Of a stretch of DNA of 64,000 bases, positions 22,305-30,624 are shown in pieces. Both the position numbers and the translations under genes were made by a program. Position 1 is the stretch's first letter; every line of letters starts with the position of its first letter. The stretch comes from Cyanobacteria bacterium J06626_4 (GTDB taxonomy: Bacteria > Cyanobacteriota > Cyanobacteriia > Phormidesmidales > Phormidesmidaceae). Under the pieces are notes generated by a model. It was given only the letters and a program-made list of their open reading frames with translations. It ran no database searches and had not been told where the DNA came from. The DNA lies in contig JBCBJQ010000007.1 in assembly GCA_038523235.1 (NCBI GenBank), positions 1 through 64,000 of the forward strand, in the 5' to 3' direction.

Positions 22305-22844
22305 CTACGACATTGCCGGGGCGAGCGATCGCACCAACACATCATCGGTTTGCACATCTTGACCGAGCACAAAGGGTTGGGTGCCGACCGGCTCAAAGCC
22401 CCAGCGACGATAAAACGTTTGGGCCCGTGTGTTGTGCTCCCACACGCCTAACCACAGCGTCGAAAACTGCTGCGTCATGGCGTAATCAATGCAGGTTTGC
22501 ATCAGCCGTGCACCATAGCCCTGACCGATCGCTGCTTGGTCAACGTACAGCTTAGAGAGTTCGATCGTCTTGCCTGCTGATGCAAAATTGGGCACCGGCG
22601 CATCACGAATCAGTTGCGCATAACCCACGGCATTGCGGTCGGGATCTGACGTGGGGTGAGCGATGAAAAACACGGATTGAGCATCGGTGAGCTGCTGCTC
22701 AATTTTTTCAGGGGCGAACCGATTGGCTAAATGCAGTGCCATATCGGTGGAGGCATTGTCAGCCGCAAAGGCATCGAAAAATGTGCGTTTACTCAGCGTC
22801 ACGAGCAGGTCAACGTCGGCCAAAGTTGCTTGTCTGATGTGCAT
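22305..22844 (-). CDS. GNAT N-acetyltransferase (PaiA-like)
   Basis: KLYV....GQGYGARLM acetyl-CoA motif; LWLGVWEHNTRAQTFYRRWGF. Confidence 0.88.
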   Translation of the reverse strand: MHIRQATLADVDLLVTLSKRTFFDAFAADNASTDMALHLANRFAPEKIEQQLTDAQSVFFIAHPTSDPDRNAVGYAQLIRDAPVPNFASAGKTIELSKLYVDQAAIGQGYGARLMQTCIDYAMTQQFSTLWLGVWEHNTRAQTFYRRWGFEPVGTQPFVLGQDVQTDDVLVRSLAPAMS

Positions 22845-23164
22845 GGTGTCTATGAATCTTGATGCGGCAATGTCGGGTAATGGCCAGGAAAATTCTCAAT
22901 CTGTGCGGAGTATTCGCAAATGCGCTGCCAATGCTGAACATACTCGACACGGCCACCAAGGGGAAAGAGGGAGCGGATTGGCCCTGGAAATCATCTGGAT
23001 TCGGTGCATCGCTGCGCCGATGACACCTACGGATTTAATGATTTAGAGCGTCGCGATCGCGTTGTGGAAGATTGCTCCGAAAAAGAATAACTCGCGTGGG
23101 ACGGGTTAACGCTTGGGTAGACAAACCTGACCTGCAGCACCTCTTCTCAATCTCAGAAAAGACT

Positions 23165-23565
23165 TGATTGACAGCTCTGGTTCCTCTCCTTCATAAGGAG
23201 CTCATCTTGTAGGGGTTTTGAATTCTGCTCTGACAGCCTACTCTTGTTCGATGGCCATCCTGGCCGTCCTGAGTCGTTCATCGCGTTTGAGCAAACGGGT
23301 GATGGAGGCAGGCTAGGAAGCCTACCCGACCGGTTTTCTAAGATGCTTGCGCCAGTGGGCAGCAGCAATTTCGCTCACCCTTGAGAAGGCTAAAAGGTTA
23401 GTCGCATCAGGGGTTCGAGAAAACCCTTACAGGATTAGCATAAGGAGAGGTGAGGTGAGGTTCTTCAGCTGGACAGACAAACTTCACCGCCTAAGATATC
23501 TTCTTGCTTTTGGTGAAGCCTGTTCAGAAGGCTAAGGAGAGGCTGATCGACAGCTCTAGTTCCTC
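23165..23565. repeat. ~400-bp segment bracketed by 22-bp imperfect direct repeats
   Basis: TGATTGACAGCTCTGGTTCCTC (23165) versus TGATCGACAGCTCTAGTTCCTC (23544); CCTCTCCTT/AAGGAGAGG inverted ends. Confidence 0.55.
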
Positions 23566-23618
23566 AGCTCTGGTTACTCGTTTTTCCACAATCCCCTATC
23601 AACACCAAACTGGGCACT

Positions 23619-23651
23619 AAAAAAAGGGACGCGCGAATTGCACATCCCTTT
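23619..23651 (-). terminator. Intrinsic terminator after the DUF4278 gene
   Basis: Minus-strand AAAGGGATGTGC..GCGCGTCCCTTTTTTT. Confidence 0.7.
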
Positions 23652-23718
23652 GAGCTAGCCGAGCAGTTGCCGCCGTAACAGTGGTTTAGGTCACCAACTA
23701 GCAGCAAATATTGGGCGA

Positions 23719-24132
23719 CTAGGCATATTGATGCATTTCATCTTCGAGCTGGTTGACCAAGCGGTTATCCCCTTTGGCCTGGGCCACCTGCAAGCGGCGC
23801 TCTAGCGAACGGCGCATGTTATCTTGGTGAACCTGAGCAGACTGTTGCAACAGATGCCGCCGCGCGGTTGCCATAGAATCAAACACCGGCTTGAACTGCA
23901 GTTCTTGCGATTCCTGGTTAACACTGACGACTGCTTCGACTTCGCCCTGGCGGTTGGTGTGGTAGTCAGCACCCCGATACTTAAGGTTGGCCTCAGTCTG
24001 GGGAAAGGGCACGTGCTTAACGTAGGAAAAGTGGAGTGAGCGGCCCCGATACTGGCCTAGCACTTCGCTTTCAGACACTTCCAACACTGGGGGAGTGTAG
24101 TCGTACTCAACACCGCGGTAACAAAGTTTCAT
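23719..24132 (-). CDS. DUF4278-domain protein
   Basis: MKLCYRGVEY..GQYRG..LKYRGADY repeated YRG motifs; C-terminal LERRLQVAQAKGD..LVNQLEDE; GGAGG RBS before ATG at 24132. Confidence 0.88.
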   Translation of the reverse strand: MKLCYRGVEYDYTPPVLEVSESEVLGQYRGRSLHFSYVKHVPFPQTEANLKYRGADYHTNRQGEVEAVVSVNQESQELQFKPVFDSMATARRHLLQQSAQVHQDNMRRSLERRLQVAQAKGDNRLVNQLEDEMHQYA

Positions 24133-24179
24133 GTCTCGCCTCCTAATTTTAAGCTGGTCTTTGTTTGAGGGGTTCAAGA

Positions 24180-24266
24180 GGCGCGTTCCTTCAGGTCATT
24201 ACCTTACTTCCGTCTCAAAGGTTAGGTTCATTTGAGGAGCAAATGCCGATAACCGAGATGAACGAT
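24180..24266 (-). ncRNA. Glutamine riboswitch class I (glnA RNA motif)
   Basis: Minus strand ATCGTTC-ATCTC..GAGA-CGGAAGTAAGGT..ACCTGAAG-GAACGCGCC: P1 CGTTC/GAACG and E-loop GGAAGTA/GAAG; upstream of DUF4278, a known context for this motif. Confidence 0.88.
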
Positions 24267-24277
24267 TTTCACTATCT

Positions 24278-24291
24278 GTATTCGATTTTAC
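24278..24291. promoter_or_regulatory. NtcA box overlapping a putative -10 of the riboswitch-DUF4278 transcript
   Basis: GTA-TTCGATTT-TAC (GTA-N8-TAC); minus-strand TAAAAT at 24290..24285. Confidence 0.55.
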
Positions 24292-24569
24292 TGTTTTCGA
24301 TCGTTGTCATTGAATCATGATATTAAAAGTCACATTAACTGAAACGGGTAAAAGCTAGCTCAATCAATACCTAGAGAGATTTCGAAAAAGATTATGAGAA
24401 GAATTCTTCACATAACTTATATAGTCTAACGAGCCATACGGGCGATCGCTTGAGTAGATTTCCTCATTTAAAGCGCTGAGTTTCGTCACTGACCCCGCAC
24501 TCCGAGTCCGATCGACTATGCTGAGTAAAGATAACTTCACAGAACGTCATCAACGCTACTCGCAATCCT

Positions 24570-25436
24570 ATGGAATGCATCATCAATCGCCGCGCTCAGT
24601 TTTCCGCCAGCCATCGATATTGGCTACCCGAACTGAGCCCCGCCGAAAACCAGGCAAAGTTTGGGCCTTGCACGCGATCGCCGGGGCATGGCCACAACTA
24701 TGTGCTGTACGTATCGATGCTGGGAGAGCTTGACCAGTACGGCATGGTGCTCAACCTGTCAGATGTCAAAAAGGTGATCAAGCGTGAGGTGACCAGTCAG
24801 CTTGATTTTGCCTATCTGAATGAGGTTTGGCCCGAGTTTCAGGCCACTCTGCCGACGACAGAACACATGGCACGGGTGATTTGGCAGCGGCTGCAGCCCC
24901 ATCTCCCCATCGTCAAAATCCAACTCTTTGAACACCCCGAGCTTTGGGCCGAATACACAGGTAACGACATGGAAGCGTATCTCACCATTAGCACTCACTT
25001 TAGCGCCGCTCACCGGTTGGCCTTGCCGACCCTGGGCTATGACGAAAACATAGAAATCTATGGCAAGTGTGCTCGCCCCCATGGCCACGGTCATAACTAT
25101 CACTTAGAGGTCACCGTCAAAGGTGAGACGGATGCCAGAACCGGCATGATTGCTGATTTAGCCGAATTGCAACAGGCGATCGACGACCACGTGGTCGAGC
25201 CCTTTGATCACACCTTCCTCAACAAAGACATTCCCTACTTTGAGCAGGTCGTGCCCACTGCCGAAAACATCGCCATTCACATCCGCGACCTGCTGCGCGA
25301 GCCGATCGCCCAAACCGGAGCCCAGCTCCACAAGGTCAAGCTAATCGAGAGCCCGAACAATTCTGCTGAGGTTTACTGCACGGCTGAGCCATCACCGCAG
25401 TCGGCGGCAACTCGCCCTGAGTTGGCGGCGGTATAG
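24570..25436 (+). CDS. queD: 6-carboxytetrahydropterin / 6-pyruvoyl-tetrahydropterin synthase, tandem two-domain form
   Basis: Two T-fold domains: FSASH..C...GHGHNY..PTTE and FSAAH..CARPHGHGHNY..PTAEN. Confidence 0.88.
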   Translation: MECIINRRAQFSASHRYWLPELSPAENQAKFGPCTRSPGHGHNYVLYVSMLGELDQYGMVLNLSDVKKVIKREVTSQLDFAYLNEVWPEFQATLPTTEHMARVIWQRLQPHLPIVKIQLFEHPELWAEYTGNDMEAYLTISTHFSAAHRLALPTLGYDENIEIYGKCARPHGHGHNYHLEVTVKGETDARTGMIADLAELQQAIDDHVVEPFDHTFLNKDIPYFEQVVPTAENIAIHIRDLLREPIAQTGAQLHKVKLIESPNNSAEVYCTAEPSPQSAATRPELAAV

Positions 25437-25563
25437 TTCCCAAGTCCCTGGAACAGCAATCTGACTGGGTGGGGAGCTACTCGAAAATAGCGCACCGATC
25501 GTCGGAGTTTGGCACTGCCAGATTCCGACTTTCTATTGTGGGGATGTTGTTTAAGCGCGACCC

Positions 25564-25998
25564 TTATTTGTGATATTGACTGCCCTGCAGAATGCTTTTG
25601 GCTCGATACAGCTGCTCTAGCAGCAACAGTCGGGCCACTTCGTGGGGAAAGGTCATCGGCGAAAGACTCAAACACTGAGCTGCCGACTGTTTGACCACCG
25701 GACTGAGTCCAGCAGCGCTACCGATCGCAAACACTAAATTGTGCGAATCAGCCTGACCGACAAAGTCAGCAAACGCCAGCGATGAACAGGTTTTGCCCTC
25801 TTCGGTGAGGGCCAGCAGGCGATCGCTCGGCTTAATCATCGACAAAATCTGAGCGCCCTCTTTTTCTGGCGTTGAATCTTTGAGTTCGACCAGGTCGAGT
25901 TCGGGCAGGCGCTTGTGATAGACCTCAATGCCCTCGCGAATCCAGCTTTTTTTGACTTTGCCAATGGCGATGAGTTTGATTTTGGGAAAACTGGCCAT
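25564..25998 (-). CDS. rlmH: 23S rRNA pseudouridine(1915)-N3-methyltransferase
   Basis: SPOUT motifs FAIGSAAGL, LSLSPMTFPHE, EQLYRA, C-terminal YHK. Confidence 0.95.
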   Translation of the reverse strand: MASFPKIKLIAIGKVKKSWIREGIEVYHKRLPELDLVELKDSTPEKEGAQILSMIKPSDRLLALTEEGKTCSSLAFADFVGQADSHNLVFAIGSAAGLSPVVKQSAAQCLSLSPMTFPHEVARLLLLEQLYRAKSILQGSQYHK

Positions 25999-26057
25999 GG
26001 CTCAGCTCACTTAAAGTCATGCTTGGCAAGGATACTAGACTCCGCTTGGATAGGGAA

Positions 26058-26146
26058 ACCTCACCGCCTGCGGCACCTCTCCTTATCAAGGAGAGGTTTA
26101 AGGATGCTCCGGTGCCTCTCCTTGATAAGGAGAGGTTAGGTGAGGT
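26058..26146. repeat. Composite palindromic small dispersed repeat
   Basis: Two hairpins CCTCTCCTT-ATC-AAGGAGAGG (26076) and CCTCTCCTT-GAT-AAGGAGAGG (26115) inside ACCTCACC..GGTGAGGT. Confidence 0.8.
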
Positions 26147-26231
26147 CGGCACTCTACTAGAGACCGGCGTCTTTTGAAGTGCCTCGTCGCAGCTCCGCTA
26201 GTTGCAAAACGTTGAAGCACGCTCAAGTGCT

Positions 26232-28934
26232 TCAGTCTCGGACTTTCATGGCCGCGATCGCGTCCTTAATGCCCGTTTCGACATTGAGCCAGGCGGCATC
26301 GCGATCGCGCCATTGGGTGACCGGCTCGCCATTTTGGGGTAACCAGCTGAGCTTGTTGAAGGGCGTACCGCGCCAGTCTACCGGACGCACAATAATCGGG
26401 ATGACCGTAGCTTCGCCTTTTTCGTGGCGTTCCATCGCCTGCGGCATTTCAATTTCGTAGCAGTAATCGGAGTTCAAGAAGTCAGGGCTGACGAGGAAAA
26501 GAATAATATCGGCGCGATTGAGGTTGTCGTCAATGGCATCTTCCCAGTCGTCGCCAGGGAGGATGCGGCGATCGTGCCAGGGTTGGATTAAGCCCTGTCG
26601 CTGCAGCAGTTTGAGGTGGGTTTCGAGCTGCTCGCGCAGCAGGTCGTCTTTGTGAGAATAGCTGTAGAACAGGCGCAGGGCATCGCTTTGGCGCTCTATG
26701 CGAGATTCGCGCTTACGACTGCCCTCGATATCCACGCCGTTGAGCAGGTCTCGCACATTCAGCTTTTCGACTTTGCCGTTGATGACCTGGGGCATTTCTT
26801 GTAGGCCGGACTCTTCCATCACGAGCAAATCCTGATAGGACAGCATAACCTGGGGATGAGCGGGGACGGGAACGAGTTCTTGGGGCTCGAATTTGAAATT
26901 GCTGTGGATGCGCTCAAAGTCGTAGCGGATGATGGCGAGTAGGCGGCGACGGCTGTTGACTGGCCCATCAACGCTGATGGTGACGCATTTTTCGGCGCGA
27001 TCGCCCTTGACCAGGGCGCGATTACCTTCGAACTGGAGAATGACGCCGGTACGCCAGCGCAGTTGATGTTCGCTGAGTACGTGGGTACGGACGATGAAGC
27101 GGGGCAGCAACCCTTCTGGCAGCACGGGATACTCGTAGCGAAAGTTAAGGCAGTCGGTTAGGGCAAACTCGGCAGCTGTAGGGGGTTGTTGTTTGTCGAG
27201 CAGGTCAGGGATGAGAAAGCGGTTTTCGTCTTCTTCGAAGCGGAAGCACAGCTCAAACTTGCGCATGAGTTCGAGCAAAAAGCCGTGGCGCTCACGAGGA
27301 TAGGCTGTAGGGTCAAGGGTGCGGCTTAGGCAGGCGGCTTCGAGTTCGCCTTTGGTATCAGCCAGTTCGCTGGCGTTGAGCAGAGTGTAAATGCCGCTGG
27401 TGACCCAACGTGGGTTGAGCACGTGGGTGTCGCGCAGGCGGGCGTCGTCTTTGTAGTTGAGGGCAATGCCCAGGCTATGGAGATGCACCGCCAGCGAGTC
27501 TTGAGCGCTAAAGTCAGTTTCGCCATCGGTCTGGCAAATTTTGCGGTACTCCTCAAAGGAGATGTAGTTGTCTTCCATCGCTACCAGCTTGTTTTTGATG
27601 GTGAGCCAACTGCCTGGAAACGGATCACGTAGGTGCTCTAAGGCATCGGTCTCGTGTTCGATCACGGTGCGGAGCTGGTCAATGCCGCTGGCGGTACCGC
27701 AGTCGGTGGGGATAAACTCTCGAATATTGGGGAATTTTTGCTGCAGGGCGGCGCGGTTGACGTCAAAGGGCTGTTCGCTGATTTTGTTGAGCACGACAAT
27801 GACCGGGGAGTCGCCGCCAAAGCTCTCGATCAGCTCTAGCCAATATTCGGCGTCTTCGTCTTCGTGGCCCTGGCGACCGTTGAGCACCAACAGATACAGG
27901 CTGCGCTCAGTGAGAAAAAACTGATGGGTAGAATGCATGATCTCCTGCCCACCAAAGTCCCAGGTGTGGAGGGTGATATCTTCGGCGTCATTCAGGGTAA
28001 GGGACCACGGGGTGATTTGAATGCCCTCAGTTTTGGGAGAATCGCGATCGAAGGTTTTGTAAACCAGGCGATTGACCAGAGAAGTTTTGCCCACGTTACC
28101 GAAGCCTACCAAAATCAGCTTGGCTTCGTTGAGGGGTGTACTCTCTTTCAGAAGCTGAAAGTAATAGTTCAGAATATCTGTGGGATCAGCAGAGTCTGCC
28201 TCTTTATTCATGACTTGCCCCCAGGTTGGCCCTAAGATTTCATCCGAGAGTCCTAGCTGATCGTTGCCATGCAGGTAAAGCTCTGTCAGGTTAGCCAGTT
28301 GGCCGAGTTCTTTCGGCACCGCAGTCAGTTGATTTTGGGAGAGGTAAAGCGTCTGCAGGTTAGCCAGTTGGCCGAGTTCTTTCGGCACCTCAGTCAGTTG
28401 ATTTTGGGAGAGGGAAAGCTCTGTTAAATTGGCCAGTTGGCCGAGTTCTTTCGGTACCTCAGTCAGTTGATTTTGGTAGAGGTAAAGCTCTGCTAAATTG
28501 GCCAGTTGGCCGAGTTCTTTCGGTACCTCAGTCAGTTGATTTTGGGAGAAGGAAAGCGTCTGCAGGTTGGCCAGTTGGCCGATATTGGGGGGTACGGCTT
28601 TGAGACCCAGACTGGAGAGATCTAACTCAGTTTCGTTTTCGGCATACGTCGCTTGAATACGTCGTTCCGCTTCGGCGTAGGCTTCATTAGCTTCAGTATC
28701 AGGGAGTGGAGCGACATCATCAGTTTTTAACCCTAACGCTGCAGCAATTGCCTGCGCACTGGCAATGCTCACGGGCTTACCTCGCTCTGGGTGAAACAAG
28801 CGACTTACTGTCTCCGCACTGACACCAGAGGCTTCTGCAATCGCTGCAAAGCTCAAGTTTTGTTCCGCTTTAGCAGCCTGGAGTCGCGTTAATCCCTCAG
28901 GACTGGCAAAAATACTGCGTGGTTTTGACGGCAT
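26232..28934 (-). CDS. Roco-family protein: XRE-like HTH + LRR + Roc GTPase + COR + TIR
   Basis: HTH (LSFAAIAEASGVSAETVSRLF), 23-aa LRRs, P-loop GFGNVGKTS, TEGI, WDFGGQE, COR (LNPRWVT, LLPRFIV, WRTGV), TIR (FYSYSHKD..WHDRRILPG..SDYCYEIE). Confidence 0.92.
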   Translation of the reverse strand: MPSKPRSIFASPEGLTRLQAAKAEQNLSFAAIAEASGVSAETVSRLFHPERGKPVSIASAQAIAAALGLKTDDVAPLPDTEANEAYAEAERRIQATYAENETELDLSSLGLKAVPPNIGQLANLQTLSFSQNQLTEVPKELGQLANLAELYLYQNQLTEVPKELGQLANLTELSLSQNQLTEVPKELGQLANLQTLYLSQNQLTAVPKELGQLANLTELYLHGNDQLGLSDEILGPTWGQVMNKEADSADPTDILNYYFQLLKESTPLNEAKLILVGFGNVGKTSLVNRLVYKTFDRDSPKTEGIQITPWSLTLNDAEDITLHTWDFGGQEIMHSTHQFFLTERSLYLLVLNGRQGHEDEDAEYWLELIESFGGDSPVIVVLNKISEQPFDVNRAALQQKFPNIREFIPTDCGTASGIDQLRTVIEHETDALEHLRDPFPGSWLTIKNKLVAMEDNYISFEEYRKICQTDGETDFSAQDSLAVHLHSLGIALNYKDDARLRDTHVLNPRWVTSGIYTLLNASELADTKGELEAACLSRTLDPTAYPRERHGFLLELMRKFELCFRFEEDENRFLIPDLLDKQQPPTAAEFALTDCLNFRYEYPVLPEGLLPRFIVRTHVLSEHQLRWRTGVILQFEGNRALVKGDRAEKCVTISVDGPVNSRRRLLAIIRYDFERIHSNFKFEPQELVPVPAHPQVMLSYQDLLVMEESGLQEMPQVINGKVEKLNVRDLLNGVDIEGSRKRESRIERQSDALRLFYSYSHKDDLLREQLETHLKLLQRQGLIQPWHDRRILPGDDWEDAIDDNLNRADIILFLVSPDFLNSDYCYEIEMPQAMERHEKGEATVIPIIVRPVDWRGTPFNKLSWLPQNGEPVTQWRDRDAAWLNVETGIKDAIAAMKVRD
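28273..28582 (-). repeat. 69-bp tandem repeat (~4.5 units) encoding LRRs
   Basis: GCCAGTTGGCCGAGTTCTTTCGG(C/T)ACC(T/G)CAGTCAGTTGATTTTGG recurs every 69 bp. Confidence 0.95.
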
Positions 28935-29187
28935 GGATTAAGGGTGGCGGGGGTGACTTTAGGGTATCGAGAGCAGTATGCATGCGGAAGGCAGAATTCG
29001 GAATTTGGAAGGACGGCTCTGCCTCCATTTCAAGCATCGGTTAGAGGGGCAAAGATTAGCAAAACTGACTCAGCGGGGGCTCGACTTCGCCTCGATTCAG
29101 GCCATCAAAATCATATGATATGGCTGGTAACTCGCTAATTGATGCAGTCTGGGGCATTCTTAGAGAATCGCATCCCCCTGCGGCAGA

Positions 29188-30624
29188 GTGGAATTAGCCC
29201 ACTCTGCCGCAGGAGGCCGTGTCCATCACCCAACCAAGTTATTGACTCACTATTCTCGCCGTCATTTCGTGCAGTTGGCCACCCTCTCTACACTTTTGGC
29301 CGCCTGCCGTCCCCCCCGCGAGCATGACGCCCTCACACAAAACGTTGTTGACTTAAGCCCTGAATTTCAATGGCAGCGCTGGCGCGGGCAAGAAGTGTCG
29401 GTATTACTGAATGATCATCCGTGGACAGCGGGGGTAAAACCCTATCTTGCCGATTTTGAGGCGCTTACCGGCATTCGCGTCAAGCTAGAGATTGTGCCAG
29501 AGCCCGACTATTTTGAGTTTATGGAAACCATGCTGCGGCAGAGCCCCGTCCCCGCAGACGTGGTTTTTTTGCCGATGGACTCAACCGCCTATCGCCTGTG
29601 GCAAGACAACTTACTGCAGCCGTTGACGCCTTTTATTAACAACCGCCAGTTCACCGAATCTAGCTACAATCTGATTGATTTTCCCGAAGGCTTTCGCTTA
29701 GCGGCCATGTATCCCCCTGCGCAGCCAGAACAACAACTGTTTGGGATACCAGCCACATTTGAAGCCTACATCTTGTTCTACAACAAACAACTGGTCAATC
29801 AGTACCTTGACGGTCAAGTGCCCCGCACCATAACAGAACTGATCGAGGCGGCGCAGACAATCAATCAGGTTGGGAACGGCGACGTTTTTGGGGCGGTGAT
29901 GCGGGGCGTCAGGTCAGATGCCATCATTGATACCGTCACGGGCTTGCTGTTGAACTGTTGGGGGCCAGAGCCCACCCCACTCCCCCATAACCTGTGGTTT
30001 GACGGCAACTGGCAGCAACCGCGATTTACCGATACGCGCGTGGTCGCAGGCTTAGCGGCCTATGCCCAGCTGATGCAGGCGGGCCCGCCCAACATTAAAG
30101 AAATTGATTGGCCTCAGGCGACTCAGCTGTTCCAATCTGGTCAAGCCGCGTTTTATATTGATGCCAGTCTCTTTGGCCCCAGCTATGAAAGCAGTGCGAT
30201 CGCCGGTCAGGTGGGGTATACGGTGTTGCCGCGATCGCAGGCGACCAGTTTGACGGGGCACTGGTTATGGGGGTTAGGCATGGCCCAAAAGTCGCCGCGA
30301 CCCGAAGCGGCCTGGCTGTTTATACAATGGGCCACCAGCCCCAAAATGGAGCCGCAAATCGCCCTGGCCACCGGCGGTGCGCCGCGATTTTCGTCTTGGC
30401 TCACCCCGTCGGCCTATACCGAGGCCATGAATATTGACTATGCGCTGACAGTGCAAACCGCCATGCAAACCTCTCGCCCCACCGTCGTGCTGCATCCCCA
30501 ATGGCCTCAGGTGGCGATCGCGATCGCGACTGCGATTCAGCAGATTTACGATGGGGCTGCCGCTCCGGTCGCGGCGGCGGCACTCCAGCGTCACGTCATT
30601 CAAATCATGCAGGAAGCCGCATAA
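29188..30624 (+). CDS. Carbohydrate-type extracellular solute-binding lipoprotein (Tat-like signal)
   Basis: SRRHF twin-Arg plus LLAAC lipobox; FEALTGIRV, LFYNKQL, AAWLFIQWATS are typical of sugar ABC SBPs; exact start uncertain. Confidence 0.85.
   Translation: MELAHSAAGGRVHHPTKLLTHYSRRHFVQLATLSTLLAACRPPREHDALTQNVVDLSPEFQWQRWRGQEVSVLLNDHPWTAGVKPYLADFEALTGIRVKLEIVPEPDYFEFMETMLRQSPVPADVVFLPMDSTAYRLWQDNLLQPLTPFINNRQFTESSYNLIDFPEGFRLAAMYPPAQPEQQLFGIPATFEAYILFYNKQLVNQYLDGQVPRTITELIEAAQTINQVGNGDVFGAVMRGVRSDAIIDTVTGLLLNCWGPEPTPLPHNLWFDGNWQQPRFTDTRVVAGLAAYAQLMQAGPPNIKEIDWPQATQLFQSGQAAFYIDASLFGPSYESSAIAGQVGYTVLPRSQATSLTGHWLWGLGMAQKSPRPEAAWLFIQWATSPKMEPQIALATGGAPRFSSWLTPSAYTEAMNIDYALTVQTAMQTSRPTVVLHPQWPQVAIAIATAIQQIYDGAAAPVAAAALQRHVIQIMQEAA

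Noticed and set aside
28273..28582. Regular repeats as a CRISPR array or a DGR variable region
   Set aside because: The 69-bp period is in frame and encodes LRRs; there are no unique spacers, cas genes, reverse transcriptase or separate template repeat in the window.
30501..30623. Longer start for the GGDEF-EAL gene
   Set aside because: It lies inside the SBP gene; the coupled ATG at 30624 fits better.
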